Of a DNA stretch of 64,000 nt, positions 53,245 to 64,000 are shown piece after piece; the stretch's first letter is position 1; each line of letters opens with the position of its first letter. A model generated the notes under the pieces. The model was not told the DNA's origin. It saw only the letters and a list, made by a program, of their open reading frames with translations, and ran no database searches. Source of the stretch: Macrostomum lignano (taxonomy: Eukaryota); the NCBI GenBank assembly GCA_002269645.1, contig NIVC01000004.1:496001-560000 (forward strand), in the 5' to 3' direction. A program made the translations under genes and the position numbers.

Positions 53245-53830
53245 TGGGGATTGGGGATCTGGGTTTGGGGATCTGGGATTGGGGATCTGGGATTGGGGAT
53301 CTAATTTGCGAATCTGGGATTTGGGATCTAATTTGGGGATCTGGGATTGGGAATCTAGGATTGGGGATCTAATTTGGGGATCTGGGATTGGGAATCTAGG
53401 ATTGGGGATCTGGGATTGGGGATCTAATTTGGGGATCTGGGATTGGGGATCTAATTTGGGGATCTGAGATTGGGGATCTAATTTGGGGATCTAATTTGGG
53501 GATTTAATTTGGGGATCTGAGATTGGGGATCTAGGATTGGTGATTTAATTTGGGGATCTTGGTTTGGGGATCTGGGTTTAGGGATCTGGGATTGGGGATC
53601 TAATTTGGGGATCTAGGATTGGGGATCTAATTTGGGGATCTAGGATTGGGGATTTAATTTGGGGATCTGGGATTGGGGATCTAAGATTGGGGATTTAATT
53701 TGGGGATCTTGGTTTGGGGATCTGGGTTTGGGAATCTGGGATTGGGGATCTAATTTGGGGATCTAATTTGGGGATCTAGGATTCGGGATCTGGGATTGGG
53801 AATCTAATTTGGGGATCTGGGATTGGGGAT
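53245..53830. repeat. G-run-rich degenerate 13/14-bp repeat
   Basis: Alternating GGATTGGGGATCT and AATTTGGGGATCT units between SF3B5 and the arrestin gene. Confidence 0.9.
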
Positions 53831-54044
53831 CGGTGGGGATTCAAGAAATGGGGATCACAGTGTCGATGAAGATTCATAAGTTTTAGGGATAAATCTGAAG
53901 AATTAAATATTGTTGTATAATTATTAAGCAGCGACACACCAGAAGCTTCTACTTTGCACTGACATCTGAGTGCTGGTATATTTACGAGCATAAAAAATGT
54001 ACACATGAAATTTATGCATAAATTTGAACAGTAAAGTTTTTAAA

Positions 54045-54302
54045 TTAGACTTCAGTTTTCTCTGGCGGCGGTCCGCACGGCTGCAGCATCTTCTCCATCA
54101 GGTTGAACCTGACTCGGGCCCGGCTCTCATTCTCAGCGATGGCAATCATGTTGAGCAAGTCCGGGTGGCCCTGCACAGAGGCGCAGGTGTCCCGGTGCTG
54201 GTTGGTGAGCCACTCCCACTTGTTTGTGTCGGCGTGGCCAGTGCCAACATACTTGGCCTGGAGGTGCTCTAACTGGGTGTGCACGTTGAACCTCTCGCCC
54301 AT
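54045..54302 (-). CDS. SF3B5: Splicing factor 3B subunit 5
   Basis: Single exon, 85 aa: MGERFNVHTQLEHLQAKYVGTGHADTNKWEWLTNQHRD...ENESRARVRFNLMEKMLQPCGPPPEK, unmistakably SF3B5/SF3b10. Confidence 0.97.
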   Translation of the reverse strand: MGERFNVHTQLEHLQAKYVGTGHADTNKWEWLTNQHRDTCASVQGHPDLLNMIAIAENESRARVRFNLMEKMLQPCGPPPEKTEV

Positions 54303-54374
54303 GACTGAGATTGCGCTGAAGTTTCAGTGGGATGCAGGCTTTTGTGTCTGAACTGTTTCTTGTAGGAACTTGGA

Positions 54375-54595
54375 ATTGGAACTGCAGGTTTGGTATTGTT
54401 TAGTTACTAAACATTGTGATTGGAACTGCAGGTTTGGTATTGTTTAGTTACTCAACATTGTGATTGGAACTGCAGGTTTGGCATTGTTTAGTTACTAAAC
54501 ATTGTGATTGGAACTGCAGGTTTGGCATTGTTTAGTTACTAAACATTGTGATTGGAACTGCAGGTTTGGCATTGTTTAGTTACTTAAACATTGTG
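54375..54595. repeat. 44-bp tandem repeat upstream of SF3B5, 5 copies
   Basis: TGGAACTGCAGGTTTGGCATTGTTTAGTTACTAAACATTGTGAT. Confidence 0.92.
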
Positions 54596-55210
54596 AGAAG
54601 ACATATGAGAGAAGAGAGGGGAGGAGAGAAGGGAGGGGAGAGGAGAGAGCAGAGGGGGAAGAGAAGAAAGGGGATAGTGGAGAGAAGGGAGAGAGAAGAG
54701 GAAAGGAGAAGAGATGAGAGAGGAGAGGGAAGAGAAGAAATGGGAGAGGAAAAGAAGAGAGGAAAGAAAAAACTAATGGAGAAAAGAGAAAGGAGAAAAA
54801 AAACAAATTAATAAAATGCCACATATACATTGAGCACTGTCTAAAAAACTTTATTCAGAGCTTCATTTCCACAACTATAATAGTTGACATTAGCAACAAG
54901 ACGTCCCAATGCTTATAATCCCAATTTATGACATTCTCACCAAATATGGCTAATGGCACTTTGCAACCATGGTAAGAAAGTAAGAAAGTTGAGAAATCAT
55001 AGAAACTTTTTTGCTATAGGTACGGTATAGAAAAAGACATAACTTATGGGAAAATTTTTGAGATATTGTTAGTAGATATAGATATAGGAATTTTTAATAG
55101 ATCTCTACTCTAAATATTCTTTTTTAAACAAATAAATTATAAATAACTAAGCCTATTTATACTATAATTAAAGATTATTTGTTTAAATTAATCTATCAAG
55201 GAAGCCTATT

Positions 55211-55996
55211 GGCTCATTCCATATAAGATGGACATATTTGGAAAATAGAAAAAAGTCAATATTTTTGCTTGCCATTGCCTAATTAGCCTATTTTTTTACC
55301 AAATGTTTATATTGTGCAATATATACAATCTAAGAATAAAGGAATGGTAAAATGTTGGATTAGTATGTTATCAATTGGCAAAAAGTCATTTTTGTAAAAA
55401 TTTGGACATTTTTCGAAGCAAAAGACATCATTAAGATTTTGTACCTTTTAAAAACAAATAGAAAGCTTTTGAAGGTTGAAACAAACTATAGATAAAAGTA
55501 TAGTACTTGCATCATCAGATAAAAGCATTGGTGACCAAATAATCTATTATATTTTTAATGTATTAGTACCTCAAAGTTACTGAATTGACAGAAAAAAATA
55601 TGTTACGACCATAATGTTATGACCATAAGGCTGCCTTTTCTTTTGTATCTTTGTTGCCTTTTGAGTTTATATAGTCTAATAAAAGAGTATGATTTCTAAA
55701 GATGTTCTTAGTCAAATTTTAAAAATGTATTGCAAAATATCAAAAATGAAAAATGTTATAAGACTTTTACCTTTTAGTTTCTATATGTCAAAAATCCTGT
55801 TGTTACGACCATAAGTGTCATTTAAGGTTTAATAGCATCTATACTAATGATGATATCTGTATGAAACTCGATAAATATATTCTAGACAAAATAATCTTTC
55901 ATTTAAAATATTGGTTTAGTATATTCTATTATTAGATTTCATTTTATAAGTAAAAATAACCTGTCATGTTACGACCATGCTTATATGGAATGAGCC
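55211..55996. mobile_element. MITE, perfect 17-bp TIR, TATT duplication
   Basis: GGCTCATTCCATATAAG at 55211 and CTTATATGGAATGAGCC ending at 55996. TATT at 55207-55210 and 55997-56000. Internal TGTTACGACCAT motif about 4 times. Confidence 0.8.
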
Positions 55997-56110
55997 TATT
56001 AGTGAAAATATACACTACTTTAGTCTAGAATCTAGATGATTAAATTATTATATATTATTTATATATTATATTATTATAGGCCTATGAACAATAACAACCA
56101 ATTTCAGAGT

Positions 56111-56310
56111 CAGGCGCTGCGGAACAAGTTTTTGCCAGGGGGGGGGGGCAGGACCAAGTTTCCGAAACTCAAGCCCAGACCCTGTCTTGGACAATGACCA
56201 AAAATTTGAGCAACATTATGCTGTTGAACGGTATTTGAGGGGGGGGGGAGCAATGCCCCCTCAACTCAATGTCAGGGGGGCAGCTGCCCCCCCCTGTTCC
56301 GTGGCGCCTA
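56111..56310. mobile_element. Small GC-rich MITE
   Basis: CAGGCGCTGCGGAACA at the left and TGTTCCGTGGCGCCTA at the right form an imperfect TIR around G-runs, inside AT-rich DNA. No clear TSD. Confidence 0.55.
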
Positions 56311-56494
56311 TTTAGAATTGAGTCTAAAAGCAGTCTAAATTAGATATTTTACTATTTCAGCCTTTATTAGATTAGACTAAGCTTAAGGTTAAGGCTATTA
56401 TAATATATAATATACTCTTATTAAAATATTGCCTTGGCTAGGCTAGGGTCATTTAGTTTTGTTTTCAATAAGTAAGCCTAGGCAATATAATTTT

Positions 56495-56746
56495 GGAAGT
56501 GCTTATCCCCACAATAGCTTATTGGAATAGAGAACCTTAAAATTAATATGGTCAAAAACTGTCTATTTGTTTTCATTGTTTTACAAATCTTCCAAATAAG
56601 TTATTGAATACTAAATAGTATTGAGTACTTTGTTAAAACTTTCTTGTTGTTAAAAGGGTTAATTTTAAATATTCACTTAGCTGCCAGCTTTGCTTAAAAT
56701 GACTGAATTGAGGCAAATGAGACTGGCAAAATTAAAAATTAAAAAT

Positions 56747-56783
<37 letters not shown>

Positions 56784-57057
56784 TAATAATAATGACAATA
56801 TCAACTTAACATCAGTACACAAAACAAAACACAAACAACTGCACAATCTTAACCATGGGAATAAGCTGAAAATTATTGACATGGATTCATGTAGATAAAA
56901 TTGTTATTATTGACATGGCCAATAATATAGACTTGAATCTTGAATGGTGGCAGCTATTTCAATAAGCTGCCATGGGGATAAGCTGGAAATTATCAACATG
57001 GATCCATGTGGATAAAATTTGAATTATTGGCATTGGACTGTGGGGATAAGCACTTCC
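56495..57057. mobile_element. Mutator (MULE)-type MITE
   Basis: 19-bp TIR GGAAGTGCTTATCCCCACA / TGTGGGGATAAGCACTTCC. Exact 9-bp TSD TATAATTTT at 56486-56494 and 57058-57066. Confidence 0.85.
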
Positions 57058-57636
57058 TATAATTTTATTAGAGGCTAGGTAAGGCTTAGCTAGAAAGTAG
57101 ATCAATTTATTATCAATTAGGCTATTATATTGAGTTATAAAAGCCTATTAGTATAAAGCTATTGAACTTTGAATGCTAATGTAATGGTAATGCAGTAATG
57201 CTAATCAGTCAATCACTGAATTATAAAAAGCATTCATTATCAATAATATTTCAACAAGTTTTAGAATTATAACATAGGCCTTGTTCACTAGGCTATACTT
57301 TTAAAACAAGGTATATTTATGGCATGCATAGAGGTGATGGACCCACAGTATTAGTAGTCTAAATTAATTTTCCTAGATCTTTTCATAGGCCTCACCCCAA
57401 TTCTGTTTACGCCCTATGTTGGCGCATGACCAAGACTGGCTACATAAAGAACAGTGACAAAAAATCAAGGCCCTATGTAGGTCCCTATTTGGAATCAGTT
57501 GAGAAATTGCAACTTTTGCCAATAAATTGGCAAGACATCATGATCTGACACAGTCCATTCGTAACTGTCTATATAAATTTTCCCTACCAACCTTCGACTG
57601 ATGATCTAAACAGGCCTTCTGGTTCTGCCAGGGGTT

Positions 57637-58030
57637 CACGGTGCGGGTCTCCCTAAAACACGCACCGCCCCGCCCCACAGCGCTACACGTTAAAACAAAT
57701 TAGACTATAACTGAAGACATTTCAAAATGCATTTTATGTTAAGCTTTAAGCTTTTATAAAATTTAGTTTTTTTTACCGTGAAATATTTAATTCGATGTAT
57801 AATAAGTGATATTAATAATAATATTAATAAAATAATAATAATTTAATTTAATAATGCAAACGAGAATATGAAAAATAATAATAATATTTAAGGTAATAAA
57901 TAAAGTTAATTATTCTGTTCCTCTTACAACAAATAGTTCTCTTTGCAAGCAAAATACTGCATTGACAAAAATGTTATAATGTGTAGCGGTCGGGGCGGTG
58001 CGGTGCGTGTTTTAGGGAGACCCCACGGTG
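57637..58030. mobile_element. MITE-like element with ~55-bp GC-rich inverted arms around an AT-rich core
   Basis: GGGTCTCCCTAAAACACGCACCGC...GCTACAC at 57645-57688 versus GTGTAGC...GCGGTGCGTGTTTTAGGGAGACCC at 57981-58023. Confidence 0.7.
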
Positions 58031-60660
58031 CATTTCGTTGAAAAATAGCTGCGCACTAAAACAACGATACTATATTTTCTAATGAGAGTGCGTGTTACTG
58101 TAATACTTTTAAATAATAATTACAGGTTTTATCACAATTCCGACAATTTCTAAGACTTATTATTTGAGGAGACTCAGTAAGTCCTTAATATTGTAGTTCT
58201 CCGCCGTAAGATAGACCTCTTATTCCAAGTGGTCCTTGTCTGGTGAGTTAAATCACTCAGGCGATGTTTCGATGAGGTCCTCAGGCCTTCCTCAGTGCTC
58301 CGAGATGATTAGCGTTCACTGCGGCCGTCGACTCTTTGACCTGCGCTACTAGCGAGGCATGGCTCCCGCGCGTTGCTTTCATCAGCTGCAGCCAGGCTAT
58401 TGTCCGGGCGGACCCAAAATTTTTTAGGGGGTGGGGTCAAACTATACCCAGCAACTGTGACCCAGCTTTAGTAAACAGAATACCTTGCATAGTTACAGGC
58501 AAAAAATTATAGACTATTTTTTGGCCACGCCGGCCCCCTATGGCCTCTTGCCCGCCCCCCCCCCCCAGCAGGTAGTAGTTCAGATGGTAACGCGGCTGGA
58601 AATTATTAATTCAGTTACTGTGGTTCATCGATTTTTTGGGGAGACTGGCGACTGCTGAGACGAGGATATCTTATAAAGTCGTCTTTGTGCTGGGAGAGCG
58701 GTGGCAATCCAAACGAAATACTCTACTTCTCCAACACAAAAATAGCGATAGTCATCTCATCAACTTGAGTCACCCTTGATTAGGATTAAAACAATCAGTT
58801 GACAATCTTGTCTAAGGCTTCAAACTTCTGTATCTACTTATAGCGGTATGTACATATACAAATACATTTATGAGACCTTAGGGGCATTGGACATTTGTTT
58901 TGAATAGTACATGTATTTGATCCTAAACTGCAACAAAAATGTATGGAGAAATTGTCTAAATTAACTCATCATAAAAAAGAGGCATAAATCAATTGATCTT
59001 AATAAAATTCGATATTGAAGTTGCGTTCAGGAAAAGTGGTAAAAGGGTGCAATTTCACGAAGATTATGAAATTTAATGTAAAAAAGAATATCTTTGTCAA
59101 AATATTTATGTGAAGGAGCTTCAATGATACTTTTGAAATAAAAGGTGATTTGATGTGACTATAATATAGATATTGTTTATTATTGCATATGAAGTTTGAC
59201 GCGTTTTGTTTTATCTATGGACTAAATGAAGCTGCCAAAACAGGCTTGGGTTAAAAGCCCGCTGTGAGAACTGTGAAATAAGAAGAAATAAGAGCAAGAC
59301 TAAGAACCCTGGAGCAGCGTAAAAGTCTGCTATGATATCAGCACTAATAATTAACGCCTTAAGCATATTGAACTAACCTGAAAACATAACAAAAGGTATG
59401 TAAAAGGTATATAGGAACTAATGGTTATAAATTGTTTATAGGTTACACAAATAATACAGATTGGTAATGAATGTAATAAAAAATGAAAATAAATGCCAGA
59501 TGAGATGGAGATAATATCCATCCTCCGATGCTTAGTGATCCCGATGCCAACGCCTGTGGTGGCTTTGCATTCTTGTATCACAGAGCTTCCTGAATTCAAT
59601 TTTCTAAAAGCTTCATCGTCCAACGACCAACGACTTGTCACAGACTGCCCTTAGGATGAGGGCAGGCATTCAGAATTTTGGCCCTCCTCCATAAGAGGCT
59701 GTCGCTCGCTTGACATTTCGTTTATGGCCGGGGCAGTGGGCCGGCGCACCTGATAAGCATCGAAATGCCACAACTTTCGCTCATAAAGCCGCATCTATCA
59801 GCCTCCGGCCTATCTTTTGTCCTTTCCACCTTTTAAAATCTTTTTCACTTTTTGTCTACATCGCTGCACTAAATTTGATCAGTCTGAAGGCTTGAAGCGA
59901 ATGCTTAAAGGTAGTAAAAATCTATTTTGCCCCTTCAGTTCTGCCAAAGACGAGTCAAAAAACGAATCGCTTTGATAGAGTCGAGGTCTGAGCAAGCGTG
60001 TAGGGACGAACGAAAGAGATTGAATGCTTATAGAATTTCTAACTCTGCTTCGCTTTGTGAGAGCGAGGCGGGCTGGAGCCCCTCCCATTTGTCTCCCCAT
60101 GCTCCTTTCAGCGGTGGAGACTCTGAGTAATCCTCCGTCTTTGGCGCGTGGCCCTTTGAAATGATGTCAAATTCCGAATGAACGGAGAACCGCCTTTTTC
60201 CCGATCTGATTCACAGAAGTTTTTAAAAAGGCATCCGTCATTGTGTCTGTGGCTCAGCTGGCTGTCTGTCCATTCATCTAGGAGTCCTTGGCCTGCCAAG
60301 AGCACCGCACTTTTATTGCAAGCTGAGTGGCAGTCGGACTGCCAGGTTTCCAGCTCAGCTCAAATGCGGGCTGTCGATCCCAAAAGCCGTGGCGAGTCAG
60401 CCAAAATTGTAGGATAGAAATGAATAACTCATGAAATATTCAAGTCTATTCACGAACTCAGTTCTTGGTTGCGAGCGTTTTTTCCCAACTCTCACTTTCA
60501 CAGTTTGGTCTCAAATGTTCTGCTCAATTTTTGGGCGTGGCAGTTATGGTTCTCCCATCGGCAGCCAGGGAAAGAAGTGCTTTTCGAAATCGAAGCGCTT
60601 CGTTTGATCTAGATCTTGCTTGACTCCCTTGTTAAACTTTGCTACTATAGATTGTCCCAA

Positions 60661-61183
60661 TTAAGATTCTTTAGAAGAACAGAACCGTGCCCAGAGCAGT
60701 GCCGCTGAGTTCCACCAGGCTTCATGGGCTTGCAGAAGCTCAATGGCAACCAGGGTTCCATCATCAGCTGCGCATTTGGCGTAGTTCTTGTTCAAGAAAC
60801 GCATTCAAGTTTTCAACATTGCAATTCCATGCCTGTCCTTGCTGAACCAGTTCGTCGCATTCAGTTCCGTGAAACTGGCATCAAACGAGATCTTCAGCGC
60901 CGTGACGCCGTTCTTGAGCAGCTCGACCGAGATCGTGTTGCCGGACACGAGTCTCACGAGATCCGGAAGTCGGTCGAGCCAACACGAGCGCCAGAAGCCG
61001 AGCGGAGGCGGTCCGACGATCGGCGACACGAGGAGAGACCGGTTGCAGTTGACGGGCGTGAGGAACGAGTCCAGGACGTTGACTTGGCTACCGGACTTGA
61101 CCGCGAACAGCACGAGTCTCGACTTGCCAGAAAGTTTGAGACTTTGTATGGTCACATTAGGTGGGATGTTGCAGACCCCGAGC
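60661..61183 (-). pseudogene. Probable pseudo-exon of an uncharacterised invertebrate domain
   Basis: Acceptor ctaac...gacag at 61184. Reads ..LVLFAVKSGSQVNVLDSF..FWRSCWLDRL..VELLKNG..ISFDAS..NWFSKDR..KT*MRFLNKNYAKCAADDGTLVAIE. The in-frame TGA at 60805-60807 interrupts the pattern. Family recognition is from memory only. Confidence 0.45.
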
Positions 61184-63586
61184 CTGTCGATGAGGTTTGG
61201 TTAGAGGCAGGAGGGCTGTGTGCACCCTAGCCCAGCACTTTAAGCGTCATTGTGTCACACAACCGGCAAGAGGCATTGCCTGTGCAACGTACGCGCACCG
61301 ATGTACATCTACGCGCTCGTATCATTAATATATATTGGCTAACACTATAGCTGAGAGCTACCTCTCCTCTCCTTCGTCTCAAGTGAAGTGACTTATTCAT
61401 TTGGCCAGCGGCCACAACAAACCCTGAGCAGGCACACAAGCGCGTGGATACGTACGCAGTCATACGCACAAGCACACACTCACACAGGAGTGTACAGCGG
61501 TCCTAACTTCACTGTGCCTTGGCGGTTGGCCCTCAAGGGCGTTAATTGCACGATCAGACCCAAGCCGAGATTAATGTGACTGCACTTGGAATCGAGCATG
61601 GGCCGCCGGCACATCAGAGCGCCGCGCTGTACACTGGGCTACGCCCCCCGTCGATGAGGTTTAATGAATGAAAGCAAGCTCAACTCTCCCCATCTTCAGC
61701 CTCAGCTAGTACTGTTGAAGAGCTCGCTAAGCAGGGGCAGCTATTTGAGGACCTGCAGACGCACGCTCGATTCGGCTCCACCAGAGCCATCAGATACAGG
61801 AGAGCCAACCTTTCCCAGGCTGCCAGGTGCAAGCGCGGATCATTGCAGTCTTGCCGAGTCTGGTCCAACCACTGATTTGCATTTCGTTCGCATGGTGAGA
61901 CCATGCAGCTTCAACTTGTCACCAACCGCAGTTGAGTTGGACTAAACGATACCATGAGAATTCAGGCAGACAGGCGCAAAGCTGGCTTACTTTTGTCTGC
62001 TGCTCAAGTCTTGCAAAGTCTCGAAAAATGTTGGAAGCAGCTTCTAGACAGCTCAGAAAAGTCGCCCCTAATTGCTGTTTTCTCATTAGCGGGTCCCGCA
62101 GGCAGAGAGTCGCTATCCGGATATCCAGATTGACCGAGTCAAGCAGCAGCGGGCATCCGAGCAGAGAAACTGAGACGCCTGCCATCGCCCACCTGTCTCG
62201 GCCCAACGGATCAAAGTCTTCCCAATGCTAGCGGATTCTCCCACAGCACAGCCTGCTGGGCTCATCGCGGCGAAGGGGGTGTTTGGCATCGACCCGGAGC
62301 TGCGCACCTCGCGACGACGCGAGCTGGATATTGCATATCTGCGGTGTGCGATGAGGCAAAGAGGCTGTGTGAAGGCTCTACGGCATCAAATTTAGTTCAT
62401 CTTTTGAAGAGTCTCCAGTGCGCTGAGATCGATGCAGCTGCGGGGCCTGAAACGAGGACGGAGAGCGCTGGGGGCAGACTTGAGACTCAAAGGCTTGAAG
62501 AGAACAGAAGGGGTTGCTGCTTCGTATTTCCAAGCTAAGCAGCATTTTTAAGCTCGCAGTTTTTGGCCAGTTCTGGTTACCATAGAAATTATTTTGTTTT
62601 CAGCATACTGAGCTGCAAAGCACTTCAAAGTCAGAGTTTCATGGTTCAAAATTTCTTATCAATGATGCCCTCGGCCAGCAGCTAGAGTTCAAGTCGGTGA
62701 TACTGCTGGCAAAAATAAGAGAATGCACTTTTATTGCTCCACGACCAAGATGCCATTGGCTACTCATCATTTAAACAAATGTTTGCTCTTGCTCTCTGAT
62801 TTCAATAAAAGGCTTTTTGTGGGCCGGTACCAGCTCAAGTTGTCACTGCGGGTGGTGTTGCCTCAGCTGTAGGCCGCCCTGACAGATCCGCCTGGCTCTT
62901 GCTTGAAGGAGCCGGGGCGAGAGAGTCGCTGAAGGGCTGGTCTGCTCCGGGATGCCCCGGGCCGCATTTTAGAGGGGTGGGTTGGCAGACAGGAAGCGAG
63001 TGCCCGCCCTGCTCACCTGAGTCTCGGCCGCAACCAGCTATTAAGCTGCACACACACACGCGCGCGCGCACAGCCCCCTATCCTCTTCTGCTCGCCAAAT
63101 CTTCTTCTAGAAGCACAAAAAGCCTCTGAGTCAACATCGCGCTGCGCTCCTCTACCTGAAAGAAGCAGGCAGGAGGAATGAGAGGGGGAGGTGGGGAGAG
63201 GAGAAGACGGGGGGGATAAGTCTGGTGTGGAATTGGCCAGAATTGAGAACTGATACAGGAAAAGCTGCTCTGAGGACAAGAAGCACAAGATCTGGGGAGT
63301 CGAGGCAAACCCAAGGGGAAGAAATTGAAGGCGATGGGATAAGCTGGGACGCAAGTGGCTACCCCGTCTGCCATCAGCAATTTGTAAGACAAAGCAAATA
63401 GTAGACAAATTCTTGACAGTCGCTTTTCTGCGTTGATGCAATCAATGCTCTGTGAATTCTGCGATGCAAATTCATGTAGAGCGCCGCAGCTCCGTCACGT
63501 AGACAAATTTCCCACTGAAAACAGGATTGGCCATTGAGGAAGTTTAATGTTTGAATTGGGGGATGAAACTCATGCAAATAATTTTG

Positions 63587-64000
63587 AGAGGGTTGGTTCT
63601 GAGCGGGTTGGTTCTGAGAGGGTTGGTTCTGAGAGGGTTGGTTCTGAGAGGGTTGGTTCTGAGAGGGTTGGTTCTGAGAGGGTTGGTTCTGAGAGGGTTG
63701 GTTCTGAGAGGGTTGGTTCTGAGAGGGTTGGTTCTGAGAGGAATGGTTCTGAGCGGGTTGGTTCTGAGAGGAATGGTTCTGAGAGGAATGGTTCTGAGAG
63801 GGTTGGTTCTGAGAGGGTTGGTTCTGAGAGGGTTGGTTCTGAGAGGGTTGGTTCTGAGAGGGTTGGTTCTGAGAGGAATGGTTCTGAGAGGGTTGGTTCT
63901 GAGAGGAATGGTTCTGAGAGGGTTGGTTCTGAGAGGGTTGGTTCTGAGAGGGTTGGTTCTGAGAGGGTTGGTTCTGAGAGGAATGGTTCTGAGAGGGTTG
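63587..64000. repeat. 15-bp minisatellite running off the right edge
   Basis: GAGAGGGTTGGTTCT, at least 27 copies. Confidence 0.95.

Overview
Eukaryotic (metazoan) genomic DNA, not prokaryotic. GC3-rich exons are separated by canonical GT-AG introns, and many introns are filled almost end to end by a minisatellite found only in that intron. This style suggests the flatworm Macrostomum (inference only, not verified). By hand I assembled seven spliced or single-exon genes with consistent splice phases: an NPF/NPY-type GPCR (-, 3' end runs off the window), ARL8 (+), RPAIN (+), a PLEKHG7-like DH-PH RhoGEF (+, 17 exons, first exon unresolved), a DCDC2-like double-DCX protein with three C-terminal IQ motifs (-), an arrestin-domain protein (-) and SF3B5 (-). 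There is also a probable pseudo-exon of an uncharacterised invertebrate domain near 61 kb. Mobile DNA includes a nested, foldback-like piggyBac composite in the GPCR intron, several MITEs with visible TIRs/TSDs concentrated in two AT-rich domains (7-13.5 kb, 54.8-59.5 kb), a hAT-type MITE family carrying a CT microsatellite, and tRNA-derived SINEs. The most interesting observations are the intron-filling minisatellites, the DCX-DCX-IQ3 architecture, a minisatellite built from a SINE's Pol III A-box, and the nested piggyBac. All coordinates, counts and family assignments were done by eye, without database searches.
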